IMG/VR virus record: IMGVR_UViG_2531839010_000002
Location: 9,765 to 73,764 of that record
Origin: a virus
Taxonomy: Duplodnaviria; Caudoviricetes
Reading direction: 5' to 3' (one strand)
DNA length: 64,000 bases
The notes under the pieces are model-generated. The model was not told where the DNA came from. It saw only the letters and a program-made list of their open reading frames with translations, and made no database searches. Within the stretch, counting starts at the first letter, position 1. Each line of letters begins with the position of its first letter. Of the stretch, positions 1-9,030 are shown one piece after another. The translations under genes and the position numbers were made by a program.

Positions 1-2
1 TT

Positions 3-218
3 TTGGACCGTATCAACCTGCAGCTGGGCTGGATACAGCAGGGCTGTTACCTGGTAGTTGATACCTGCATGGAGCATCTGTCCGAGTTGGACCGGTACAG
101 CTGGGATGATGAGAAGGACAAGCCAGAGGACAGGAACGACCATACCATTAATGCCAATCAGTATGCATGGATACCATACCGGAACCTGATTGGATTTGAG
201 GAGGCTGAGAAGAAATGA
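3..218 (+). CDS. Terminase large subunit, C-terminal end (partial)
   Basis: D-x-x-D-H motif (EDRNDHTINANQYA) typical of TerL nuclease C-terminus; stop overlaps portal ATG. Confidence 0.8.
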   Translation: MDRINLQLGWIQQGCYLVVDTCMEHLSELDRYSWDDEKDKPEDRNDHTINANQYAWIPYRNLIGFEEAEKK

Positions 219-1807
219 GGTGGCTGAACAACATGAATGAGACAATTAAGCGTGGCATTCGTACCTGGCTGAATGTGGTGCCGGCCAGCGGGAACTGCAT
301 CCAGATTAACGAGGTCCTGGACTTCGAGGCTAATGCCATCCGGAACCGGATTTGGTACCGCGGGGATGGCAATGAGCTGGAACAGATGTACCAGCAGGCT
401 CCCGAGTACGCTGACAAATACAAATTCTGGGCCAGCAGGTGCACTCCGGGTATGGAGATGCGCAAGATACATACCGGTCTGCCTGGGCTGATTATCCGCA
501 TCCTCTCAGGCATTGTCCTGGATGATATGAATGACTTTGACTTTGCGGATAATGACCGGCAGCGGCAACTGTGGGAGGACATTGCAAAAGATAATAAGTT
601 CACTCGTAAAATGGAGAAGGCTTTAAAGGAGGTCCTATACATCGGGGATGGAGCCTTTAAGGTCACGATTGATACGACTGTCAGCGAGTACCCTATTCTG
701 GAATGGTATCCAGGGGAACGCATTGAGATTGCCCGGAACCGGGACCGGGTGAAGGAGGTCGTGTTCAAGACGCCGTATAAGGCTGGCCATCAGCAGTATG
801 TCCTATATGAGCATTATGGATATGGTTACATATACAACGAGTTGTACAAGGGTGACACTTCGGTGCCCCTCAATGCTATCGACGCCACCAAGGGCATCAA
901 GGACACGAAGTTTGATGATAATGTCATCCTGGCAGTACCCTTGCAGGTGTATGAGTCCACCAAATATGAAGGACGCGGCGGCAGCATCTTTGATGGTAAG
1001 CTGGACAGCTTTGACGCCTTTGACGAGGCTTGGTCCCAGTGGATGGATGCCCTACGCGCTGGACGAGCCAGGACATATATTCCTGAGTGCCTGATACCGC
1101 ACGACCCAGCGACCGGGCAGATTATTCGCCCCAATTCTTTTGATAATCAGTATTTTGCCTCTGATAACGACATGTCAGAAAGTGCGGATAACAAGGTCAA
1201 CGTGGTGCAGCCGGCAATACCCCATGACAGTTATCTTGCATCTTACTGTACAGCTCTGGACCTTTGTCTGCAGGGGGTCATAAGTCCCAGCACTTTGGGC
1301 ATTGATGTCAAGAAGCTGGATAATGCTGAGGCTCAGCGTGAGAAAGAAAAAGCTACCCTGTATACCCGGAACGCTATCGTGGAGGCGCTGCAGGAAACCC
1401 TGCCTGAGCTGGTGGGGGCAACCATCAACGCATATAACTTCCTGCATGGAAAGGCTGCGGAGGAGGTCAAGGTAGACATCCCATTTGGAGAGTATGCAAA
1501 CCCATCCTTTGAGAGCCAGGTGGAGACCCTGGCTAAGGCAAGGCCGGGTGTCCCTATGATGAGCATTGAGGCCCAGGTAGAAGAGCTGTATGGGGACAGC
1601 AAGGATGATGCATGGAAACAAGAGGAGATAGCGCGGCTGAAGGCAGAGCAGGGCATTGCGGAAGTGGAGGAACCCGGAATCAGTACGTCTGCCGGTGGCT
1701 TCCAACTGAACATGGAGGGAGGAAAGGCAGATGAAGGTCAAGGTAATGAACCGCCTGTACCAGATGAACCAGAAGGAGTACCAGGGGCTGCTGCAGGTGG
1801 CAAGTGA
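215..1807 (+). CDS. Phage portal protein (SPP1 Gp6/A118-like)
   Basis: 530 aa, directly after terminase, acidic disordered C-tail. Confidence 0.85.
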   Translation: MRWLNNMNETIKRGIRTWLNVVPASGNCIQINEVLDFEANAIRNRIWYRGDGNELEQMYQQAPEYADKYKFWASRCTPGMEMRKIHTGLPGLIIRILSGIVLDDMNDFDFADNDRQRQLWEDIAKDNKFTRKMEKALKEVLYIGDGAFKVTIDTTVSEYPILEWYPGERIEIARNRDRVKEVVFKTPYKAGHQQYVLYEHYGYGYIYNELYKGDTSVPLNAIDATKGIKDTKFDDNVILAVPLQVYESTKYEGRGGSIFDGKLDSFDAFDEAWSQWMDALRAGRARTYIPECLIPHDPATGQIIRPNSFDNQYFASDNDMSESADNKVNVVQPAIPHDSYLASYCTALDLCLQGVISPSTLGIDVKKLDNAEAQREKEKATLYTRNAIVEALQETLPELVGATINAYNFLHGKAAEEVKVDIPFGEYANPSFESQVETLAKARPGVPMMSIEAQVEELYGDSKDDAWKQEEIARLKAEQGIAEVEEPGISTSAGGFQLNMEGGKADEGQGNEPPVPDEPEGVPGAAAGGK

Positions 1808-2009
1808 TCAGGTGCCATTCGGGATATACGCCATTGAGAAGCAGGGATATGCAGAGCTGCGCTGTGATAAGTGTAGCAGCGTCACACAGCTTAAGAGTCT
1901 GACACGACAATTTAAGGCCCAGGGATACAGAGTGTATTCCAACAAAGGTGGTCAACTGATGGAAAGTGGCACCCTGGGTGCGGAAGGGGCGCTGATGAGT
2001 GCAACATAA
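1731..2009 (+). CDS. Small phage protein overlapping the portal 3' end
   Basis: Strong SD (GGAGGGAGGAAAGG) before ATG 1731; fills the portal-minor capsid gap. Confidence 0.6.
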   Translation: MKVKVMNRLYQMNQKEYQGLLQVASDQVPFGIYAIEKQGYAELRCDKCSSVTQLKSLTRQFKAQGYRVYSNKGGQLMESGTLGAEGALMSAT

Positions 2010-3594
2010 TGAGTATAATATCGGTGCCGCCTTCCAGGCCATAGAGGATGAGCTTATCAAATGCATGATTCGCAACATGGACAGGCATCGGGCCGAGGAG
2101 ACCAAGGAAGGTATTGAGTGGTCCATGTGGCAAACGGAACAGCTGAAAGCCCTGGAGAGGTACAAAAAGGACAACCAGAAGCGGTATGGAAAGCAATTTC
2201 GGAACCTAAACAAGGAAATGGGTGAGCTTATCCAGATTGCCCGGCAGAAGGGGAACATGCAGCAGGAAATACAAATTCTGAACGCGATCCGGAATGGGTT
2301 CCCGGCAAAGAAAGTCAGCCAGGGAGCCACGGCAGAGTTCTTCCGGATGAATGACCGGAAGTTAGAGGCACTAATTCAGGCCACGACCAATGATATGCAG
2401 CGAGCTGAAACGGCAGTCCTCAGGATGGCTAATGATGATTACCGGAAGGCCATTTTCAACGCCCAGGTATATGCCAATTCAGGCGCCGGCACCTATGAGA
2501 AGGCTGTGGACATGGCCACCAAGGACCTGCTTTCCCGCGGGTTGAACTGTGTGGAGTATGCCAATGGTGCCCGTCATACCCTGGCAGATTATGCAGACAT
2601 GGCCATCCGGACGGCATCCAAGCGGGCCTACCTGCAGGGTGAAGGAGAGAAGCGGCAGGAATGGGGGATTACCACGGTTATCATGGCTAAGCGCGGGAAT
2701 CCGTGCCCTAAGTGCCTGCCCTTTGTCGGTAAAGTCCTGATTGACGACGTCTGGTCCGGCGGAAAGAAATCCGATGGGCCGTATCCCCTCATGAGTAAGG
2801 CCATAGCATCTGGACTGTATCACCCCAGATGCAAGGACAGCCATACAACCTATTTCCCTGGCATCTCCACGGCGGACGATACCTGGACTGAGAAGGAACT
2901 GGAGGCGGTTGGTCAGGCCAATAAGCAGGAGGCCGGGCAGCAGTATGTATCAAGGCAGGCGGAAAAGTATGGGAGGCTGGCAGAACACTCATTATCTCCT
3001 GAAAACAAGACTATGTATACGGCAAAAGAAAAAGACTGGAAACGAAGGCTTGCCAAGTATCAGGACTCTGGTATAATTAAAACAGAGGGGTGGTCGGATG
3101 ATGCAATTGAAAGACGTAGGCTTGACGAGGCTTCCATTGCTGGACATAAAAATGAATATGGGATATTGTACGATTCCCAAGGAAAGCGTATCCTAAAGAA
3201 ACGCGGAGAAAAAGACAGGATTGTGTATACCGATGAAGAGACAGCGCTAATGTTAGGTGGTGTGTTAACCCACAATCATCCAAGTGGAGCTACCTTTTCA
3301 GTGGATGATATTGATATGATGGGCAGAACTGGTGTCACAGAGTTGCGTGCCATTGGTCGTGATGGGGTGTATGTCATAAGACAGCCTGCGGAATGGCCGG
3401 AAGGAATCAATTCCTTTGAAAAGTTGGAAAAAGAATATTCTGAGATCCAGTTATCGTTACAGAATGAAATGTATGAAGAGGTATTGTCTGGTCGGATTAC
3501 AACAGATAATGACTACTCAATTGAATATCAGAGACGCATCCTAGATAAACTGACATCAAAGTATGGTTTTACATATTTTATGGAGGAAAAATGA
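1999..3594 (+). CDS. Minor capsid (MuF/min_cap2-like) protein with C-terminal JAB/MPN-like domain
   Basis: CxxC and HPRCK motif of minor head proteins; C-terminal E...HNHPSGATFSVDD motif. Confidence 0.75.
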   Translation: MQHNEYNIGAAFQAIEDELIKCMIRNMDRHRAEETKEGIEWSMWQTEQLKALERYKKDNQKRYGKQFRNLNKEMGELIQIARQKGNMQQEIQILNAIRNGFPAKKVSQGATAEFFRMNDRKLEALIQATTNDMQRAETAVLRMANDDYRKAIFNAQVYANSGAGTYEKAVDMATKDLLSRGLNCVEYANGARHTLADYADMAIRTASKRAYLQGEGEKRQEWGITTVIMAKRGNPCPKCLPFVGKVLIDDVWSGGKKSDGPYPLMSKAIASGLYHPRCKDSHTTYFPGISTADDTWTEKELEAVGQANKQEAGQQYVSRQAEKYGRLAEHSLSPENKTMYTAKEKDWKRRLAKYQDSGIIKTEGWSDDAIERRRLDEASIAGHKNEYGILYDSQGKRILKKRGEKDRIVYTDEETALMLGGVLTHNHPSGATFSVDDIDMMGRTGVTELRAIGRDGVYVIRQPAEWPEGINSFEKLEKEYSEIQLSLQNEMYEEVLSGRITTDNDYSIEYQRRILDKLTSKYGFTYFMEEK

Positions 3595-3755
3595 AAGAAA
3601 AGCATATAGTAAGTTTTCGGGACGTTGATCGTCCAATCGGCGAGTATCCAAAAGGGACGTTTTTTGCTCAGGATCATGATGATATTGTGATTCCGATGCC
3701 GACAAAAGAAGAGCTGGAAGAATATAAAAAGAAACATGATACCACCAGTCAGTAA
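3591..3755 (+). CDS. 54-aa ORF (MKEKHIVSF...DTTSQ), candidate immunity/partner protein
   Basis: ATGA overlap with upstream stop, GGAGG SD, hand-translated open frame, followed by terminator. Confidence 0.55.
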   Translation: MKEKHIVSFRDVDRPIGEYPKGTFFAQDHDDIVIPMPTKEELEEYKKKHDTTSQ

Positions 3756-3775
3756 TGGCCGGTGGTATTTTATTT
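3739..3775 (+). terminator. Intrinsic terminator
   Basis: ATACCACC-AGTCA-GTAA-TGGCC-GGTGGTAT hairpin followed by T-rich tract. Confidence 0.65.
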
Positions 3776-4190
3776 GTTGCGATATCGCAACGGAAAGAGA
3801 GGATAAGAATGAAATACAGAAAGAAACCAGTGGTAATTGAGGCTTTTCAATGGACAGGAGGACCAGAGCAGGAGGATGACCCTGAATGGATTATCGAGGC
3901 TATCAAAAGCAAGGTGGCGTGGTTTGAAAATGCAGGGACGCCGGATGTAAAATTCATGATTCAGACTCTGGAAGGTGTACATGAGGCCAGTGTGGGGGAT
4001 TATATTATCCGTGGTATAGCAGGAGAGATATATCCGTGTAAGCCGGATATCTTCCTTGCAACTTACGAGCCGGCTGTGACGAAAGTTTCCATGGATGTTA
4101 CGGAACATCTGGATGAAGATGAAATCATTAATGCTGTAACAAAAAACATGAAACGGACAGGTTATAATTTGCGATATCGCAACGGAAAGA
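3776..4190. repeat. 22-bp direct repeat TTGCGATATCGCAACGGAAAGA (3777-3798 and 4169-4190) containing a palindrome
   Basis: Exact match read in both places; GTTGCGATATCGCAAC is a perfect 16-bp palindrome at 3776-3791. Confidence 0.9.
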
Positions 4191-4204
4191 AGGTGGAGAT
4201 ATGA
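3809..4204 (+). CDS. Conserved phage hypothetical protein (MKYRKKPVVIEAFQW type), 131 aa
   Basis: SD GAGAGGA; KKPVVIEA and GDYIIRG-x-x-GE-x-YPCKPDIF motifs common in phage proteins. Confidence 0.7.
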   Translation: MKYRKKPVVIEAFQWTGGPEQEDDPEWIIEAIKSKVAWFENAGTPDVKFMIQTLEGVHEASVGDYIIRGIAGEIYPCKPDIFLATYEPAVTKVSMDVTEHLDEDEIINAVTKNMKRTGYNLRYRNGKKVEI

Positions 4205-4278
4205 CCCCGGCAGTACAGATTACGGCAATTATATGCCTGACACTTATTATATTGTGTTGGAATGGAAAGAAGAAATGA
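4201..4278 (+). CDS. 25-aa single-pass membrane peptide MTPAVQITAIICLTLIILCWNGKKK
   Basis: ATGA overlap, SD AAGGTGGAG, hydrophobic core plus basic tail. Confidence 0.45.
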   Translation: MTPAVQITAIICLTLIILCWNGKKK

Positions 4279-4282
4279 GTGA

Positions 4283-4313
4283 AGCACGCGGGACTATCCC
4301 GGGTGTTATTTTT
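4283..4313 (+). terminator. Intrinsic terminator with GGGACTATCC core
   Basis: GCACGCGGGA-CTA-TCCCGGGTGT then TATTTTT. Confidence 0.55.
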
Positions 4314-4418
4314 ACGCCCAAACACGAGCATGGCTTAAAACTGCTGCGTGGCCAGCGACACTGATGACAATGGATGCAATAAAAATTACAGGGTGACACC
4401 CTTAAAATGGAGGTATGG

Positions 4419-5033
4419 ATGATGAAACGTATGAACTTACAGTTATTTGCTGAGCCCGCAGGTGGAGCAGAGCCGCCGGCAGGAGGTCAGAATCAGCAGC
4501 AGACACAAACTCAAACAGGACAGCAGGCATCCCCCGCAATTGATTATGCTAAAATCCAGCAAATGCTGGAAGGAACTCTGGCCGCTAAGGAGGACACGGC
4601 CTTGAAAGCCTACTTCAAGCAGCAGGGGCTCAGCCAGGAAGAAATGGAACAGGCAATTGCCACATTTAAGCAGCAGAAGGCGGCCCAGCAGCCAGATGTA
4701 GGTGCAATCCAGCAGCAGCTCACCCAGGCTCAGGCAGTGGCTCAGAAGGCCATGATTGACAGTGCAGCCACCATGGCGGCAGTATCACTGGGGATTGATG
4801 CCAAAACAATTCCATATGTCCTTAAGATGGCCGACTTAAGTCAGGTCATGGGGCAGGATGGGAAAATCAACGATGAGGCGCTTAAAGCGGCTCTGGACAA
4901 GGTACTTGAGGACGTGCCGGCGCTGAAACCCCAGGCATCAGGCTCCACCGGGTTCATCCAGGTGGGAGCTGCCAGTGGGCAACAGCAGACGCAGGCGACA
5001 GACGACGCCCTTAAAAAGGCGTTCGGACTTTAA
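4419..5033 (+). CDS. Capsid scaffolding protein
   Basis: Q/A-rich coiled coil upstream of capsid gene; N-terminal NLQLFA motif. Confidence 0.8.
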   Translation: MMKRMNLQLFAEPAGGAEPPAGGQNQQQTQTQTGQQASPAIDYAKIQQMLEGTLAAKEDTALKAYFKQQGLSQEEMEQAIATFKQQKAAQQPDVGAIQQQLTQAQAVAQKAMIDSAATMAAVSLGIDAKTIPYVLKMADLSQVMGQDGKINDEALKAALDKVLEDVPALKPQASGSTGFIQVGAASGQQQTQATDDALKKAFGL

Positions 5034-5052
5034 TGAAAGAGAGGATTAAGAA

Positions 5053-5946
5053 ATGGCAGTATATGATTATGCAACAACCTTTACACAGCTGCTCCAGCAG
5101 AAGTACGCAAAGGAATTATGCTCGGATGCTTTAACACAGAGTAACCAGCAGGTGAAGTTCATCAATGCCCAGACTATCAAACTTCCAAGGATGGCAGTGA
5201 CTGGGTATAAGGACCATACCAGGACACCGGGATTCAATGTAGGCACCCTGAGTAATGACTGGGAGGCAAAGAAGCTGGAACACGACAGGGATGTGGAGTT
5301 CTGGATTGACCCCATGGACATTGACGAAACAAACCTGACCTTATCCGTGGCAAACATACAGAACACGTTTGAGACCGAACAGGCTATCCCGGAAAAAGAT
5401 TCCTACCGCTATTCTAAACTTCATGCAGAGCTGACCACCTATTCAGGCCGTATTAGTACTGATGTGATTACGGCAGCCAATTTCTTGGAAGCATTTGACG
5501 AGGAAATGGCGAGGATGGACGAGGCCGGTGTTCCGGAGGAGGGGAGGATGCTGTATGTTACCCCAACCATGAATAAGATTGTGAAGGAGGCAGAAGGACT
5601 CCAGAGGGTTATGACCGTCGCATCCCCGTCCACAATCAACCGTAAGGTACATAGCTTGGATGATGTGACCATAAAGATGGTTCCGGCAGCCAGGATGAAG
5701 ACGAAGTATGACTTTACAACCGGCTGTGTAGCTTCCGCTGACGCCAAGCAGATTAACTGGATTCTGATTCACACATCCTGTGTGGTCTGCCGCGACAAAT
5801 ACAGCTACATCAAGCTGTTCACCCCAGGAACGGATTCAAGAACGGCGGACGGATATTTGTATCAGAACCGTTGCTATGGCGACCTGTTCCTTCTGGAAAA
5901 GAAGGTGGAGGGATGTGCCATGAACGTAGAGGCAGCCGGAGCGTAA
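5053..5946 (+). CDS. Major capsid protein
   Basis: 297 aa following scaffold; typical Firmicutes siphophage capsid position and composition. Confidence 0.8.
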   Translation: MAVYDYATTFTQLLQQKYAKELCSDALTQSNQQVKFINAQTIKLPRMAVTGYKDHTRTPGFNVGTLSNDWEAKKLEHDRDVEFWIDPMDIDETNLTLSVANIQNTFETEQAIPEKDSYRYSKLHAELTTYSGRISTDVITAANFLEAFDEEMARMDEAGVPEEGRMLYVTPTMNKIVKEAEGLQRVMTVASPSTINRKVHSLDDVTIKMVPAARMKTKYDFTTGCVASADAKQINWILIHTSCVVCRDKYSYIKLFTPGTDSRTADGYLYQNRCYGDLFLLEKKVEGCAMNVEAAGA

Positions 5947-5955
5947 GGAGGTAGT

Positions 5956-6249
5956 ATGAGAGCAGTTAAGGGAAATAAAGAGTACACCATTGGTGAAAGC
6001 CAGCAGAAGTCCTATCAGGATGCTGGTTTTGATATTGTGGGTGATGACGGCCGGGTGACTGCGTATGGACGCGGAAAGACAGTGCCTTATGATGAATACA
6101 TGAAGGCGGTTAAAGAGATTGAGCATCTGCAGAACATAGCGGCTGAAAGATATACTGAAAACGAAGCATTGAAAGCAGAGATTGCAGCCCTCCAGGCCCC
6201 AAAGCAGGAACCGGCAAAGAAAGCAGAGAGTAAAAAGGCGGGTGAATGA
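5956..6249 (+). CDS. Phage hypothetical protein
   Basis: SD AAGGAGG, 97 aa ORF in head cluster. Confidence 0.65.
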   Translation: MRAVKGNKEYTIGESQQKSYQDAGFDIVGDDGRVTAYGRGKTVPYDEYMKAVKEIEHLQNIAAERYTENEALKAEIAALQAPKQEPAKKAESKKAGE

Positions 6250-6250
6250 C

Positions 6251-6637
6251 ATGCCCTATGAACCCTATGTCACCTATGAGTACTACTGTGACGCATACAA
6301 GGGGGATGTTATCCCTATGGACGAACTGGACAAGGCCCTTAAGCAGGCCAGCCGCCACGTTGATTCCCTGACCTACAACCGTATTGTGGGCCGGGGATTT
6401 TCTAATCTGACAGCCTTCCAGCAGGATGTTATCCAAGAAGTGGTCTGCCAGCAGGCGGACTTTGAATGGGAAAACGCAGACGAGATTAACACCATCCTGC
6501 AGGGCTACAGCATCAACGGGGTGTCGGCACAGTTTGGCAGCAGCTGGAACGTATTTACGGATAAGGGCGTGGCTATGAAGCGGGATGTGTATGCTCTGCT
6601 GTCCCAGGCAGGCCTGTGCTGCCGGTTAGCGAGGTGA
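6251..6637 (+). CDS. Head-tail connector protein
   Basis: Y-x-x-x-E-Y-Y N-terminus, position after capsid. Confidence 0.65.
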   Translation: MPYEPYVTYEYYCDAYKGDVIPMDELDKALKQASRHVDSLTYNRIVGRGFSNLTAFQQDVIQEVVCQQADFEWENADEINTILQGYSINGVSAQFGSSWNVFTDKGVAMKRDVYALLSQAGLCCRLAR

Positions 6638-6640
6638 ACC

Positions 6641-6979
6641 ATGAAATATCCATGCTTAGTTCCAAAACGGCTATGTAAGACAGATATACATGTCCATCTG
6701 GAGTCGGAGGACACGGATAACCATGGTCAGCCGGAGAAGGCGCTGGACCTGGAATTGAAATGTAATTTCCAGGACAGAGCTAAGACCATTCTTACCGCGG
6801 AAAAGAAGCTGGTGCAAATAACCGGTACGGCCCTGTTTCCTGGGGACATTGCCCCGGACTTCCCAACCTTAAGCGGGGGTACCGTTACCATATTCGGGGA
6901 AGAGCGGAGGATTGAGCAGGGGATGAAGGCCAGAAATCCGGATGGGACGGTGAACTATTGTCAGTTAGAGGTGGTCTGA
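6641..6979 (+). CDS. Head-tail adaptor/closure protein
   Basis: Size and position in neck cluster. Confidence 0.55.
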   Translation: MKYPCLVPKRLCKTDIHVHLESEDTDNHGQPEKALDLELKCNFQDRAKTILTAEKKLVQITGTALFPGDIAPDFPTLSGGTVTIFGEERRIEQGMKARNPDGTVNYCQLEVV

Positions 6980-7359
6980 TGCAGGTTAAATCAACCGTAA
7001 AGATGAATTTCCCGCGAATTAAGCAGCTTACACAGGCGGCAGTGACTGCCTTGGAGATGACAGCGGAGGCAATGCACACGGAAGTTGTCCAGGCCCAGGT
7101 GATGCCATTTGACACAGGCCACCTGGAGGAGGACAGCTTTTTTGCGGATTACAAAGAATGTGGTCAAGGGAAAGCGACGCTGGTGGTAAACACGCCCTAT
7201 GCGCGGCGTCTGTATTTTCATCCGGAATACAATTTCCAGACGGATGAGAACCCGTTTGCAGGCGGTGAATGGTATGAACCGTGGCTGCCCGGCGGCGTCA
7301 GTCAGGATTTTGCAAAGAATGCATTTAAGCGATTTTACAGGAAAGTAGGTGGTGTATGA
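6979..7359 (+). CDS. Tail completion protein (HK97 gp10-like / minor capsid)
   Basis: PFDTGHL and TPYARRLY motifs. Confidence 0.65.
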   Translation: MQVKSTVKMNFPRIKQLTQAAVTALEMTAEAMHTEVVQAQVMPFDTGHLEEDSFFADYKECGQGKATLVVNTPYARRLYFHPEYNFQTDENPFAGGEWYEPWLPGGVSQDFAKNAFKRFYRKVGGV

Positions 7360-7763
7360 TGCTGACCTTGGATGACATCCGGGGATACTTAGGAGGCCTG
7401 GGAATTACGGCTGAAAGGAATGTCTATATCGGGAAGCTGAACAGCAAGAAGGACCATTCCATTGGTGTATATCACCGGCAGGGCAGCGGTCCTCCCGTGA
7501 TGGCCCTGGGCGGCCATGACTACAGCAGCTACGATGTCCGGCGCATTTCCCTGCTGGTCCATTGGGACAGGGACGTACAGGCATCAGAGCGGGCCGCCTA
7601 TGAGCTGTATGAGAAAATTAAAAACGTATCCAGCCTGTCCATAGGGGATACACCCATTAATTGTATCATCCTCCAGGTACCGGAACCGGTTGACGTGGGA
7701 ACGGATGAAAAGGGTGTATATGAATATGCGATACGGCTGGATTTTGTGTATCAGAGAAAGTGA
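7356..7763 (+). CDS. Tail terminator-like protein
   Basis: Position immediately upstream of major tail gene. Confidence 0.55.
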   Translation: MMLTLDDIRGYLGGLGITAERNVYIGKLNSKKDHSIGVYHRQGSGPPVMALGGHDYSSYDVRRISLLVHWDRDVQASERAAYELYEKIKNVSSLSIGDTPINCIILQVPEPVDVGTDEKGVYEYAIRLDFVYQRK

Positions 7764-7773
7764 GGAATGAGAT

Positions 7774-8235
7774 ATGGCAGATGTAGCAGGAAGAGTTTAT
7801 CCGGTGCATAACAATGTGTTTAAGTTTGGCATAAAAGGCCTCGAAAGCACAGAGGAGGATATGGCTGTACCGTTAGATTTGGAGAATTTCGCTCCGTCCA
7901 TTGACGGTACCGTAGAGGAATGGTATGCCATGGATGCGAAGGGCTGGGCAAAAGCAGCCATGACAGGAAAGAAGCTGGGATTTTCCTTCAAAGGAAAGAG
8001 GTCAGTAGGTGACCCGACCAATGACTATATTGCCGGCCTGGCCTGGAAGTTCGGACAGGACGTCATGACGAAGTTTGAGTGGACCATGGTATCCGGCGCA
8101 AAGCTGGCCTGTGACGTGGTTGTGAATGTGACCACTCCGGGCGGCGGTGATACAACCAACATTGACACCCTGGAATTTGAAGTGACGGGATATGGCGCCC
8201 CGACTTTTACACCGGCACCCACACCAGGAGCATAA
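7774..8235 (+). CDS. Major tail (tube) protein
   Basis: 153 aa, beta-rich, precedes chaperones and tape measure. Confidence 0.75.
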   Translation: MADVAGRVYPVHNNVFKFGIKGLESTEEDMAVPLDLENFAPSIDGTVEEWYAMDAKGWAKAAMTGKKLGFSFKGKRSVGDPTNDYIAGLAWKFGQDVMTKFEWTMVSGAKLACDVVVNVTTPGGGDTTNIDTLEFEVTGYGAPTFTPAPTPGA

Positions 8236-8248
8236 GGAGGAATAACGA

Positions 8249-8551
8249 ATGGCAAGGAAAGTAGATATCACAGATAAATTGAGTTTTGAAGGGAATCCAT
8301 CCCTGGTAATCAAGGGAAAGGCCATAGAAGTGAATGCGGATGCCCCGACCATGCTTAAGGTCATGGGACTGATGTCAGCGAATGACCCTGGTGCACAGGA
8401 AATTCTGGAGGCCTACGACATGATGTTCCCAGAAAAGTCCAAGAAAGAGATAGAGAGGATGAAACTGGGATTCAATGACTTGGTTATTGTAGTGCAGGAA
8501 GCGGTCCAGCTCATTTCCGGCATGGAGGAACCTGCCGCGGGAGAGCAGTGA
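8249..8551 (+). CDS. Tail assembly chaperone
   Basis: Position between tail tube and tape measure genes. Confidence 0.65.
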   Translation: MARKVDITDKLSFEGNPSLVIKGKAIEVNADAPTMLKVMGLMSANDPGAQEILEAYDMMFPEKSKKEIERMKLGFNDLVIVVQEAVQLISGMEEPAAGEQ

Positions 8552-8564
8552 CCCGTACTACGAT

Positions 8565-8885
8565 ATGTTTGAGGACTGGGACCTGATAGTCTCCAGTTTT
8601 TTGTCGCAGTACGGGTTAAGAATCAGAACGAAGGAATTTGAAACAGTCTCCTGGGACGAATTCAAGGCACTGATTGCCGGCCTGTCCCCGGAGACTGCAT
8701 TAGGCCGTGTGGTAGCCATCCGGTCCGAAACAGATAAGGATATCATCAAACATTATACAAAGGACCAGCGCCAGATATATGACGATTGGCGCAACCGGGA
8801 AATGAAAGAAATGGATGAGAAAACCTTCGAGAAGGAAATGGCCGGCCTGGAGAAGATGTTTGCGGCTATGTGCGGAGGTGGTTAA
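8565..8885 (+). CDS. Gp15-like tail assembly protein (start uncertain)
   Basis: DWDLIVSSF..QYG motif of A118 Gp15-like proteins. Confidence 0.65.
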   Translation: MFEDWDLIVSSFLSQYGLRIRTKEFETVSWDEFKALIAGLSPETALGRVVAIRSETDKDIIKHYTKDQRQIYDDWRNREMKEMDEKTFEKEMAGLEKMFAAMCGGG

Positions 8886-9030
8886 GATTGAGAAAGTAAG
8901 ATGTGTAAGATGTGGACAGACCCTTCTCCTGGCGGAATACGTTAAGGGGGAAATTAAATGTCCCAGATGTAAAACCATAAACAGGTTGGATATAAAAATG
9001 ACAGAGCCTAGAGCCGCACCAAAGGAGTAG
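8878..9030 (+). CDS. Com-family (Mu Com-like) zinc-ribbon protein; start uncertain
   Basis: RCVRCGQTL...EIKCPRCKTIN two CxxC knuckles in ~50 aa. Confidence 0.75.
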   Translation: MVKIEKVRCVRCGQTLLLAEYVKGEIKCPRCKTINRLDIKMTEPRAAPKE

